The notes under the pieces were generated by a model. The model ran no database searches. It had not been told where the DNA came from and saw nothing but the letters and a program-made list of their open reading frames with translations. From a virus: a DNA stretch of 64,000 nt. The position numbers and the translations under genes were made by a program. Location of the stretch: the IMG/VR virus record IMGVR_UViG_2935656913_000002; one strand, written 5' to 3'. Below, in pieces: positions 17,506-28,100 of this stretch. The stretch's first letter is position 1, and each line of letters begins with the position of its first letter.

Positions 17506-20500
17506 TCAAGCTGCGAGAGAGTTGTATGATCCAGCGCTTGGTGCGCTGTTGGAAACTTGTGACGCTATCGTACTATCCCAGTCATACATATACAAGGATC
17601 GGGAAGAGGTATCCTGTACCACGGCGAACGTACAACGATGTTGACCGTCTCCGGCGATGTCGATACTGAGGTCGTTCCCCGGGTTACCATCGGTCAACAG
17701 AACGCGGGGCGTGGTGTGGTCGCGAATGTACAACAACCGCATGAACTTCCCTGCCCCGGTCACTTTCGCGAGCAACAGAACCTTGTCGAGATAAGTTGCC
17801 GCAAGCGCATTCGATATCTTGAATTCCACCTCTGTGATATGCGGGGCCGCACTTGTCGATCCGCCCGTCATTCTCAACCGGAAGTAACGGAAGCGGGCCT
17901 TGGTAAGCGGCGTGATCGTGATCGTGGTAGTCAACGCGCCGCCGAGCGGGATAGCTGTCTGTATCGCCGTATATGTGGCGTTGTCGTTTGAACCCTCAAA
18001 CGTCCACGTTCCTTCGATGGCCGTTGTGTCTTGCTTCCAGACGAATTCGTCTATGAAGTTTGACGCCCCTACGCCGAAGTCGAAGACAATGTTGCCGGAT
18101 GTTTGGCCTGCGGTGAGTACCAAACCGCCAGAGGTCGAGCCGTCAACGAGCAGGGAAGTGGCACCCGTCACCGCGAACGTCGTTGTGACCGTGCAGGTAC
18201 CTGCACGATTTCCGCTGCCACCGACGCCACCGTACGAGGTCGGAGACTGGTATACCTCGGACGCGGTCCAGACACAGCTAAGCTGCACAGTGAAGGTGTT
18301 CGTGACAGTGATGTCGTAGGATGGCTCAGTTCCCGTAACGTAGGTTCCGATAGCCGGGACGCCTTGCCCCGTTACCCATTTGCCTTGTGTCGGAAGCGTA
18401 CCGGCCGCGTCACCCGTCAGGGTCGTGTCAAATGGCCAAGCCTCGATTACCGATGGTCCGTATCCTGCTTTATTGACGGAGATATACCAATCAACGTGCG
18501 CCGCGCCCGTATCCAGAAGCGGTTGCCACGCTACGTCCGCCTGCGGATCGCCCCACGTAAACGTAGCTGCCCCCCACTGCGGGGTAAGCGCGTCGGACGT
18601 GAACGTGTAATCAAACCAAATTCTGGCACGAATGGGTGCAGCATATCCAAGGATGATTTGAAAAGTCTGACTACCGGTGATCGCGCCAGCCTGAAGCAAC
18701 AATTCGGTGTTGCCAAATCCACCGGGTTGGACACCGAAGTTCGCCCCCGGCCATCCGAGCGCGGCGCGATCAGACGTGTACACGAGGTTACGGTTCTGGA
18801 CTACGGTAAGGCTGACTTCGGAGAACGACGCGCTAATGCTGTAGAGGCCGACCGACGAGAGCGCCTTGATCCAGAAAATACGATCCCCTTCCAAGGGATA
18901 CATTGCATTGGCCGTGTTGCCCGATACGAGAGCAACGCGCCGACCGACCGCGAACGTCTCGCCTTCTCTGATTTCGTAGCGAATGTCCTGCCCTTCGACC
19001 TTGTCCCAATTGAACTGCACACGGTCGTTGTCTTGGACAGCAAAGAAGTTAGAGACGTTGGCCGGAGCCGCAACCGCCGTAACCACCGATGAGGCATTGA
19101 CGCTGTAGTGGCTGGTATCGTCCAGCGCCTTGATAAAGAACGTATGTTGGAGCGTATCATTGAGCAGAATGAATTCGGTAGTGCCGTTCATTTCGGTCGT
19201 AATGATTGCACCGCTATCCCACGACAGACCTTCGCGGATTTCATATCCGACCACGTCCAGATCGTCCACCGCCGTCCAATTCAATTGCGTTCCGTTGACA
19301 GTACGGATCGCAACGAAGTCCGACACGTCGGCGGGAGGTGCGTTCTTGCCGAGCGCAGTATAGTTCTTGTATACGAATGGTCCGGATGCGGTCACCGAAG
19401 AGATCGGGCGCACTCCGAAGATGTAATCGCCCGGCACTTCATCGACCATGTCGTACGTGGTGTCAGACGTTCCGGCGAGCAATTGGTATGGGCCACCATT
19501 GTAAGAGTACACAAGTTGGTAGTACGTCACTCGCCCGTCGCGGAGCGGCGTCCAGCTAATCGTCAGTCGCGTCCTAAGCTGGTTGTTCGCCTTATAGATC
19601 GTTTCCTTGCAGGCAATTGTCTCGATGGCGTCCAGCGGCGTGGAGTTGTCGATAAGCTTCTTGGTGGTTTTCGCCTGATATCCCGTCTCGACGCGAGCGT
19701 ACTTGGTGGGGTCGTATTCGAGTGCCGAGATTTCGAAAGTGTCCGGACCAACTTCCTTGTTGCCGATGATCCGGAACAGACGAGGCGCAATGTCTGTGCC
19801 CGTGATGACGAACGGAACACCGTTGTTCGGCACCATAGGGAGATTGGCCGCGAGCGGCACAGTAACGAACGCACCGTCGATGCTGGCCTGAATTTCAACG
19901 TCGATCACGACGATGAGCGAACTCATCAGCAGAACGCCGCCGCGAAACACAGAGTAGTTGGCTCCGCTCCGCGTGGCCCCTGCGTACGGAGCCGTGAACG
20001 TCAGATGCTCATTGTCGGCAACAGATGCCACCGTGTACTGCGTTGCATCGTTCTCGAACACGAATACGTCGCCAACATGAAGTGGTTTGATCGCATTCAA
20101 GAACGAAGTGCGGTCCCCGATGACCGTGACATTTGATCCATTGTTGATGCAGCTAACCCGTCCCCACGTGGGGATGACTACACTCATCGTATACGTCTCA
20201 AGTTTGGAGAACGTATACGGGGCGTCCATCGTGATTGAGTTGACCGTGGCAGAGATGACCCGGCCGCCTTGACGCAATCCAGCATAGGCAGGATCGCTCA
20301 CTGCGATGATTTCACCCGGCCGCGCCTCTGCATGATCCCAGCCTGCCCGGTAGGTCACAACGTCGGTCGCGTACTTCTCGGTGTCGAGTATCCACCGCCC
20401 CGTACGGATGGCCTGCCCTCGCGAGGTGCAGCCGAAGGCTTGAACGGACGTGACGATGTAGCCAAACCTCGCCTTGAGTTCGGGGTCCTCGACCACTTCA

Positions 20501-22089
20501 ACGGCTTGATTGTAAAAATCGTCGGGGTCATTCCACGTCACCGCGCAAACGGAATGCCGCGCGTTCAAGGGCACGCCAGTGTAGCTGAAGCTGCCGCCAA
20601 CCACGTTCGCACGGGTAACAACGCGACTAACCGGCCCGGGCGCATCCTGCGTGGTGGACACTTGCCCTGCCGCCCAGTAGATCATCCCTCGGAATACGCT
20701 CACCAGCGAATTCAGGACCGTGTAGGCTTGCTGCGCCGAAGTGATTTGCGTGTTGAACGTGAAGCGAGGTTCGGTGCCGCCCTTCCCATCCGGAACCATC
20801 ACGTCGCAATACTTCGCGATAATGTACAACGACGAGAAGTCGCACAGATCGTCGTCAATCCACTGCCCTGCCCCATAGCGTTCATGGGTTAGCAGATCGA
20901 GAAAACACCAGACTGGATTGTTCGTCCACGAGAGTTTGAACGTGCCGTCCCAAACACCGGTATAGGTGCGCGCGTTCGCGTCGTAGTTGGACGGCACTCG
21001 AACGATCCGGCCGAACACATCGTAACCACGGGTAGGCAGTCCACTTCCGGAGAAGTATTGCGTGTCGATAGTGATCCCGTACACCGCCGTGTCGCTGTAC
21101 ATCAGGCGAGAGTCAATGATCTCCGTGTAGCCCGAGAACGTGATCTCGTCTTGCGTGTAAGTCGCGCTTGTCGCATTGCCTGTGAAGTCGGTGGCGTCGG
21201 CAGTCAGACGCAGCACTCGAATTTGCCATGGCCCGCCACTCTTCGGGATTTCCATCCGGTATGCTTCTTCATACCCAGACGTGGTTTTGCCGCTGATGGT
21301 GATCGTTGCGTTGCTGTTGTGGTACAGCAACTGGCTCTGCGCCGCCCCGAATGCGTTGCCGAGAGTTTCCGTGATCATAACGTCGTACTGCGTCATAGGC
21401 AGTTCAAGGACGCTAAGGACCGGATATAGCCATTGTGCCGGGCCAGAATTGCCCCCTGAGAACGTGGCGCCCAATATCCAAGTTGACGTGCCATAGGGGC
21501 GGTAGAACAGTTGAAGATTGTACTGGCCGTTTGCAGGCGCCAGCACCGATCCGCGCCACTTGATACCGGTCGTCGCGGCCGGGGTCGGGTTGCTATAGTA
21601 CGGAACGAACGCACTTTCGAAATAGCCAGTGCGCCAACTGCCGGAACCCGTGCTGGTGTACTGGATCGCAAAGCTTACGCTTGTCTCATAGACGTTGCCC
21701 TTGGCGTCCCCGCGCTCGAACTGTCCAAGACGGATTTTGATCCGCACAGCATCGCACGTGTTGTTCTGTAGCGATTGAACAACGGGACCAACCGCTTGTT
21801 TAACGACCACGCCAACCTGATACTCTGACTCTACGTCAGTGATGCCCGAGAGCGGGTCCTGTATCGGGTAGCCAAGGCGTTGCTCAAGGACTAGCCCGAG
21901 CGCGTTCTGCGTGCCGCTGGGGCCTACGGCGGGAACCTTGTCCAGATAGAACGAACGGAGCCCGTTGACGAGACCGCCAATCGGACCTTCCGACACCACG
22001 TCCACAAGACGAGCAACCGTCTTGGACCGCAACGTATTTGCGGCTACGTATGCTGACGGTTCCGGATCAGACCCACCGAACTTGCCCAT
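17506..22089 (-). CDS. Central tail fibre / host-specificity protein (lambda gpJ-like)
   Basis: DVVSEGPIGGL, WTNNPVWCFLDLLT..RYG, EPRFTFN, AVEVVED, GCTSRGQA.R.GRW.L; FN3-like domains; C-terminal carbohydrate-binding-like domain. Confidence 0.9.
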   Translation of the reverse strand: MGKFGGSDPEPSAYVAANTLRSKTVARLVDVVSEGPIGGLVNGLRSFYLDKVPAVGPSGTQNALGLVLEQRLGYPIQDPLSGITDVESEYQVGVVVKQAVGPVVQSLQNNTCDAVRIKIRLGQFERGDAKGNVYETSVSFAIQYTSTGSGSWRTGYFESAFVPYYSNPTPAATTGIKWRGSVLAPANGQYNLQLFYRPYGTSTWILGATFSGGNSGPAQWLYPVLSVLELPMTQYDVMITETLGNAFGAAQSQLLYHNSNATITISGKTTSGYEEAYRMEIPKSGGPWQIRVLRLTADATDFTGNATSATYTQDEITFSGYTEIIDSRLMYSDTAVYGITIDTQYFSGSGLPTRGYDVFGRIVRVPSNYDANARTYTGVWDGTFKLSWTNNPVWCFLDLLTHERYGAGQWIDDDLCDFSSLYIIAKYCDVMVPDGKGGTEPRFTFNTQITSAQQAYTVLNSLVSVFRGMIYWAAGQVSTTQDAPGPVSRVVTRANVVGGSFSYTGVPLNARHSVCAVTWNDPDDFYNQAVEVVEDPELKARFGYIVTSVQAFGCTSRGQAIRTGRWILDTEKYATDVVTYRAGWDHAEARPGEIIAVSDPAYAGLRQGGRVISATVNSITMDAPYTFSKLETYTMSVVIPTWGRVSCINNGSNVTVIGDRTSFLNAIKPLHVGDVFVFENDATQYTVASVADNEHLTFTAPYAGATRSGANYSVFRGGVLLMSSLIVVIDVEIQASIDGAFVTVPLAANLPMVPNNGVPFVITGTDIAPRLFRIIGNKEVGPDTFEISALEYDPTKYARVETGYQAKTTKKLIDNSTPLDAIETIACKETIYKANNQLRTRLTISWTPLRDGRVTYYQLVYSYNGGPYQLLAGTSDTTYDMVDEVPGDYIFGVRPISSVTASGPFVYKNYTALGKNAPPADVSDFVAIRTVNGTQLNWTAVDDLDVVGYEIREGLSWDSGAIITTEMNGTTEFILLNDTLQHTFFIKALDDTSHYSVNASSVVTAVAAPANVSNFFAVQDNDRVQFNWDKVEGQDIRYEIREGETFAVGRRVALVSGNTANAMYPLEGDRIFWIKALSSVGLYSISASFSEVSLTVVQNRNLVYTSDRAALGWPGANFGVQPGGFGNTELLLQAGAITGSQTFQIILGYAAPIRARIWFDYTFTSDALTPQWGAATFTWGDPQADVAWQPLLDTGAAHVDWYISVNKAGYGPSVIEAWPFDTTLTGDAAGTLPTQGKWVTGQGVPAIGTYVTGTEPSYDITVTNTFTVQLSCVWTASEVYQSPTSYGGVGGSGNRAGTCTVTTTFAVTGATSLLVDGSTSGGLVLTAGQTSGNIVFDFGVGASNFIDEFVWKQDTTAIEGTWTFEGSNDNATYTAIQTAIPLGGALTTTITITPLTKARFRYFRLRMTGGSTSAAPHITEVEFKISNALAATYLDKVLLLAKVTGAGKFMRLLYIRDHTTPRVLLTDGNPGNDLSIDIAGDGQHRCTFAVVQDTSSRSLYMYDWDSTIASQVSNSAPSAGSYNSLAA

Positions 22090-22104
22090 CTAATCAGTCC
22101 CCAA

Positions 22105-22854
22105 TCAATGCCAGTAGAGATCGCGACCCGCTGCAACAAGCTGCGCAGGGGAGATCGAATTGGACGCTGCGTTCATTTTCTCGGTGTAGAGACCGCCGCT
22201 GACAACGACCGAACCGGCGATGACCCGGCCGTATACCAAGGGGACGACAACGCCCTCTCTCACGGTGTTTGTTGCACCGTTGAAAAAGAAACTATTGTCA
22301 TCGGTTGTTCCGGAGTCCGCTGCTTTCGGCGTCGGCGTCAGCATGATCGACACACCCGCGAACAGAACGGCTGCACCGAACAAAGCCGCCGTGCCCCACG
22401 TAATGCCGGTGCCAAAAATCGACGTGCCCATGCCCGCTGCGATGCCGCCAGAGAGCGCCGCGCCACCAACAGAGGTGCCGCCGAGTGCGAAACCACCCGC
22501 CGCCAAACCACCCGTGAAGGCAATGGCAAGGATCGAGACGCCGATCACCGCCATCATCAGACCCTTGCTCATGCCGGAGCCCGCCAGAACCGGAACGAAA
22601 TGGATGTCCCCTTCCGGAAACTGAAAGTTCAAGAACGGCTCATCGCAATAGATGCCTCGGTCCGGTTCGCCAACCACGACCTGATATAGCCCGTCCTTCA
22701 TGGCCCCGCTAAACACGCCGGGAAAGTTCGCCTCAAGCAGCCGCACAGCCGCCGCTGGGCTACTTGCAGCCAGCACGAATTCGGACTGGCCCAAGGCTTG
22801 CGCCAAGTGTCCATGAAGAATGACTTTACGCTTGCGTACGGCGAGCGGCTTCAT
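22105..22854 (-). CDS. Tail assembly protein (lambda gpI-like)
   Basis: LHGHLAQALG, IHFVPVLAGSG, FFFNGATNT..EG..VPLVYG. Confidence 0.85.
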   Translation of the reverse strand: MKPLAVRKRKVILHGHLAQALGQSEFVLAASSPAAAVRLLEANFPGVFSGAMKDGLYQVVVGEPDRGIYCDEPFLNFQFPEGDIHFVPVLAGSGMSKGLMMAVIGVSILAIAFTGGLAAGGFALGGTSVGGAALSGGIAAGMGTSIFGTGITWGTAALFGAAVLFAGVSIMLTPTPKAADSGTTDDNSFFFNGATNTVREGVVVPLVYGRVIAGSVVVSGGLYTEKMNAASNSISPAQLVAAGRDLYWH

Positions 22855-23651
22855 GTTGCAGGTCCCTGCAAGAAACTTTTGTGGCGTAGAGCGTGAGTGG
22901 CAAAGCGGCGCCAGTTGTAGACCGGCTCCTCCGTGGACAACATGATCCGCTTGGGCGATCCGGCGAGATGGTGGAGCACCAACCCATTGCCCGTGTAGAC
23001 GCCGCAATGATTGATCTTGTCGGACCCCGCAAAGCGACACATCAGCGCGTCCCCCGGTCGCATCTCATTGAAGCCAACAGGCACGAAACCTGCCGCTTCG
23101 AAGTTCTCTTCAAGAAGATTGGTGTTGGCACCCGTGTGGAGCCACCACTCCGCGTCTCGGGGAAAATTCGGCAGGACGAGACCGTACTTCGCGCGGAGAT
23201 AATCGCGGCCGAGCGCGTAGCAGTCGTACACACCGTGAATGAACGGCCGCCCTACCTCCGGGGCAATCGGGACAGTGTCCCCGAAAAACACCACGTCCTG
23301 AAGGTGGTGGTCAGGGATCACGATGATGCCAAACGGAACGCCCGCATTCTGTTGATAAATCATGTCAGCGCGGCTAGGCCCCGGCTGTCCCTGCGGATGA
23401 GAGTGAATGACTGCCTGTAGCGGCCCGCACCTTTCGATGTGGCCGATGTACTCGCCGGGGCTGATGTAGAAGTCCTCGTTCGGCCGCATGTGTCCGTTGA
23501 TCATCGGCCAGTACTTGTTGTCGATGACGACGCCGCAACTCTCCTGCGGGTATACGTCCTCGGCGTGCTTGACCGCATCTAGCACCACCGACATTGCAAC
23601 CGGATAAAGACCGTTTCGCTCTTGATAGAATGCGTACATATCAGCCCCCAA
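22851..23651 (-). CDS. Tail tip protein K-like (JAB/MPN plus NlpC/P60)
   Basis: ESCG, HSHP....PS.AD; GVYDCYAL, NHCGVY..G.VLHH. Confidence 0.9.
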   Translation of the reverse strand: MGADMYAFYQERNGLYPVAMSVVLDAVKHAEDVYPQESCGVVIDNKYWPMINGHMRPNEDFYISPGEYIGHIERCGPLQAVIHSHPQGQPGPSRADMIYQQNAGVPFGIIVIPDHHLQDVVFFGDTVPIAPEVGRPFIHGVYDCYALGRDYLRAKYGLVLPNFPRDAEWWLHTGANTNLLEENFEAAGFVPVGFNEMRPGDALMCRFAGSDKINHCGVYTGNGLVLHHLAGSPKRIMLSTEEPVYNWRRFATHALRHKSFLQGPAT

Positions 23652-24351
23652 ACCTTCCCGCGCCCCAGAATGCCCACGTCGGCATCGGGGAGTTGCCGAA
23701 CCTGGCCCTGCAACACGTTTCGTCTTTCGCGGCGAAATCCTTGTCCGGCGTAGTCAACACACCGAACCGGTCGAAGCTGGCCGCGCCTGTGTAGGGGCAC
23801 TGCGCTCGGGTGTAGTCGAAGGTGCCATTGCGCTCCACCCAGACACGGTAATCCCGCTGGCAGTAATTCCGCTGGACGTTTCGGCGGGGTAATTTCTGCC
23901 CCTCAAGATCGATGGCCGCTTGCAGCGAAAATTCCAGCAACATCGGGTCTTGCGTGACCTTCTGCGCGATCTTGAAGACATCGATTGGAAAGTGCGCGCT
24001 GGGGTTCGGGGTAACCCCGTTATCTAGATATTTCGACAACGTGCGCAATCGGGTGACAGTGCAGCCGACTAGGTCGTCGAAGTTCGCGACAAAGCCGGTC
24101 AGGGCTCGGCTGATGTTCGCGATCTTGAACGTGGGTGTCGGCAACGACCCTTGGCTGCTAACCTCGAAGCCATCCACAAGGATATCGACCGCCGCGTACT
24201 CGATACCGCCGAAAGTGAGGAAGCCTTCTTCGGGATCAATGCTCGTCGTGAAGTAGCGCTTCCCCTGCCCGATGATCGTCATATCGAGCGTAAACAGGCT
24301 GACGACTTCGCCAAATGCTGCGCGGTGTACGTCTTGCTCAAGCTCGCTCAA
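23641..24351 (-). CDS. Minor tail protein L-like
   Basis: LPTPTF.I.N, LPRR..Q.N.C...YR, C.Y.G, CC..RFG Fe-S-type cysteines. Confidence 0.88.
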   Translation of the reverse strand: MSELEQDVHRAAFGEVVSLFTLDMTIIGQGKRYFTTSIDPEEGFLTFGGIEYAAVDILVDGFEVSSQGSLPTPTFKIANISRALTGFVANFDDLVGCTVTRLRTLSKYLDNGVTPNPSAHFPIDVFKIAQKVTQDPMLLEFSLQAAIDLEGQKLPRRNVQRNYCQRDYRVWVERNGTFDYTRAQCPYTGAASFDRFGVLTTPDKDFAAKDETCCRARFGNSPMPTWAFWGAGRFGG

Positions 24352-25160
24352 AGGTCGAACTCCTGCCTAAATGTAGAGGTGATCGACCAGTAGCCCACGT
24401 CTTGCGGAGTGAACTTCAGATCCCGTGCGGACCAGTTTAGCGGCGCTGCATCGCCGGGGGCGGTCCAGCTAAACGCGCGATACCCCTTCATCGTCCGGAT
24501 GAACTTGACGATGGTTTCCTTTTCGCGAGTGCTGACGTTCGTCCAACTGGCCGACCACGTATCACGGACGTTGTTCATTCCCTGTGCAGAGCGCTGGGAA
24601 AACCCGTCTCCGAACTCGTTCTCGTTGATCGCGAATGACACCGAGTCCGATACCTTCCAATCACAGCCCGGGACGGGTATGGCCTGCGAGTTCATCGCGA
24701 TCTTGAAATCGATTTCCCCGATGCTGCCCGCCGCCGTACGCCCGCCTGCGTCGAGCACAAAACGGTAATACAGGTAAGCGATGGTGTTGACCGGCGTCAG
24801 CGGAATTTTCGTGAACGACTGGGCCAAGAACGTGATGTCGTACGCGTAGTCTACCCAATCCGCGCCGTTCTGTGACGCCTGAAGCACGAACGGGCCTTGG
24901 GAAGTGACCGCATCCGCATAGACGGTCATCTCCTCGATGAACTGGGGGACCGCGAACTGGATCGTAAGATTGCCGGTCGTGTGGGCTGCGAACGAGAACG
25001 TTCCTGTGCTGTAGTCCCCATCAAAGAGCTTCGTGGGGTCATCAGCGCTGAATGTCGTGGTGACGCTCATAAGCGCGCCGCTGACGACACGCTCACCTCT
25101 CCCGCCGACATTATTGTAATCGGCAAGAAAAGACTGCGTTGGAAAGTTGAGCATGACCAT
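24348..25160 (-). CDS. Distal tail protein (lambda gpM-like C-terminus) with an N-terminal discoidin-like domain
   Basis: C-terminal FGDGFSQR...G.NN....W..SW...F.WT.P; N-terminal LFDG...QASQNG.DW..YRF. Confidence 0.75.
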   Translation of the reverse strand: MVMLNFPTQSFLADYNNVGGRGERVVSGALMSVTTTFSADDPTKLFDGDYSTGTFSFAAHTTGNLTIQFAVPQFIEEMTVYADAVTSQGPFVLQASQNGADWVDYAYDITFLAQSFTKIPLTPVNTIAYLYYRFVLDAGGRTAAGSIGEIDFKIAMNSQAIPVPGCDWKVSDSVSFAINENEFGDGFSQRSAQGMNNVRDTWSASWTNVSTREKETIVKFIRTMKGYRAFSWTAPGDAAPLNWSARDLKFTPQDVGYWSITSTFRQEFDL

Positions 25161-25188
25161 GTTGGTTGTCCCGTGCAGGTGCCTGCAA

Positions 25189-28100
25189 TTACGCCGTACG
25201 CATCAATGGGCCGCCCGGACGCTGGTATTTCCGGATGACCTTTCCGACCGATAGTTCGGTCTCGCGCTCGATGTCGCGCTTCATCGCGATCATCTGCTCG
25301 CGCTGCTGCCGATTGCTGGTGCTCTGCGGCTGGGCCGTACCATCGCCGCCCATGTTGAGATTGTACGTCGGGTTGAACACCATGCCGACGCCGCCACCTC
25401 CCCCGCCGCCGTTACCTCCGGTCGGGACCATGGCCACGCCAAGTTTACCATCGGTACCGCGCTTCAGAGGCATGATCGCTTCCGGCCGGTTGCCCTCGGC
25501 CATCGAGCCGACACCGCCGTTTGCCATCTGGAAAAATGTTTGCTGCCCGATCACGCCCCCATTGGCGAACGGAACGACGTTGCCGCCCATGAATACATTG
25601 CCATTGGCGCTGGGAACGACGTTGCCTACCCCGCCGAACACAGAGGAGATCGAACGCAGGATCAGCGCCTTGAGGATCGTATTGGCGATATCCTTCGCAA
25701 TGTTCGCCAAGGCGACGTGCCAATCCTTTTGCTGCCCCGTGATGAGATCGGTAAGGTTCGACGCCGCCGAATTGGCGAACGTCTCAAATGCCGCGCCCGC
25801 GATTTGGAAATCTGTCTGCGCAGTATGTGCAACCTTGGCGATACCGTACTGCAAGCCCTGCACAGCGGTACCGTTGCGCTCGTACAGTTCCTTGAATTTG
25901 TCGAGGCTCTGCTGCTCCTGCTGATACGCCTTATTAGCCTTGTCGGCCGCAAGCTGTACGCCCGTCCCCGCCAATTCATTGCGCTTTTCAAGAAGGGCGA
26001 TATTCGCCTTCAGCAATTGCGCTTCTTTCTGCATTGCCGCGAGCGCGGCCGACTGCCCGGCCGGATCGACGGTCGCAACTGCGCTAGCGCTGCCCTTCTC
26101 GCTTTGCTTCGCTTGCTGTGTCTGCTCGATCTCCTCTTTCTTCGCGGCAATCTTGCGCTGAATAGCGGCGAGCGCACGACCGGTGGCCTCAAAGTCACTC
26201 TGGGCGGCGGATGCGCTACCGTTCTCGTTAAGTTGCAGAACGCGTTGAAGACTGGCGGCCTGCTTAGCGGTATTGGCCGCTTGCTGCTCAAGGTCTTTTA
26301 GTTCCTTGGTCTTGATAACGAATGCGCCGTCGTCACCAACTACGTTTGCAGGTGCCTGCACGGAGAGGTCGGAAGACGCCGCCCCGAGACCGGCGCGAGA
26401 CGCCTTCAGCCCATCCATCGTCGCCTGAAGATCGCGTAGTGCCTTCTTGGCAGTCTCGATCTGCTGAAGGTTCTTCTCGTACGTTTCGTTGGTGATACCC
26501 TGCCCGGCCGTATCGCTGATGTTCTTGGGCGTATAAGCGCCAGTAGCACTGAGGAACGCCGCGATCTCGGACGCCACAGTCGATTTGCCCGAAGTGGTCG
26601 AAGCAGCATCCTGTTTCAGCTTGGCGATAAGGTCCGCCTGCTGGTTGTTCTTGATCGTGCGAATGTTGATGAGGGCCTGCGCGGTGCCCCGATCCGCAGC
26701 CTCCTTGATCGCCGCTTCCGTCTTTTCCCATTCCGCCTTGATAGCCGCGTCCCAGTGCGTCGGATCACCGAAGCGCGTCATGTACTGGGCCATCAGGTTG
26801 CTAAGCTGCTGGTTCGCGTCCTCTTGGCGTTTGCGCACACCGATCAGATCGATGGCCGCCTTGGTCGTGGGGTCGTTTCCGCTGGCCGATAGCAGGTTGT
26901 TCAAGAAATCGACTTGGTTCTGCCGGAACAGATCGCGGATGCTCTGGACGAACGTCTGGTTCTCGCGCTGTTTCGCCATACGATCGATGAGGTTCTTGTC
27001 CCGCTCGGCCTGTACTTGGCCGATGGAATTCACGATCATCTCGGCTTGGAATTCTCCGTACTTCCGGATGCGCTCAAGGATTTGCGGGTCACTGGACCCG
27101 CTCTGTTGCGTAAGGTAGTCGAGCGCTTTCTGAAGCGACTGCAACGCGTCGTCTTTCGTTCCGCCGCCCTGAATGATGGAAATCCAGTTCTGCGTCTTCT
27201 GCATCTCGTTGCCGACGCGGGCGGTGTAGTCCTGTCCGCTCAGTATCTTGGCGAAATCGGTGAAGTCCGCGAGCCGCTTGCCGAAGTCAGTCTTGATAAC
27301 CTCCTCATGGCGCGTGGCCTCATCGAGCAGTTGTTTGGCTTTCGCCAACTGCGCGTTTTGGTTGTTCGTCATCTCGACTTCGATAGGATCGCCCTTGATG
27401 ATCGCCTGCGCCGACCGAAGCTGCAACTGAGCCGCGCGAATATCCTTCTCGTACTGCTTGATAAGCGTCTGCGAGAAATAGGTGAACGTGCCCGGCTTGT
27501 TCGGGTCGTCGAACTCTTTCTGCCTATCGGCCGCGATCTTGTCGCTAGCGAAGCCGGGCAAGTTCTGAATGTCGATCAACGCCTTCTGCTTGGCGTTGAT
27601 AGCGGGCTTGACCGTCTCAATCTGCTTTGTCAGGTCGTTGATCTGAAACTTGGCATCTTCGACCGCCTTCTTGGCGCGTTCGATCTGCGGCGTTTCAACG
27701 ATATCGACGTTGCCCTCTGGGCCGATGTTGATCTGCGGCGCGTTGTCCGGATTGTTGCGCAGGTCAACGAGCGACTTTTGCGCCGCCTCAAGCTGGTTCT
27801 TTTGCCCCTGCAAGAGCGACTGCAAGTCGTCATAGATACCGCTGTCAGACTTGATCAAATCCTTGATCTGGCCGAACTTCTCAGTCGGGCGAGCGCCGCT
27901 GATCATCGTGCTCTGGATTTGCTGCTTACCCTTGTTGACGAGATCGAGATCGCCAACCAACTTGTCCGGTGCGTTGAAGTTCTTGACGTAGTCGTAGATG
28001 ACAGGAACGACTTGGGCCGCGATGAGTGCAATGGTGGCAACCGTGAAGATGGTGCCGACGATACCAACCGCAGCGCCTGCCATGCTGCCCGCGCCAGCCG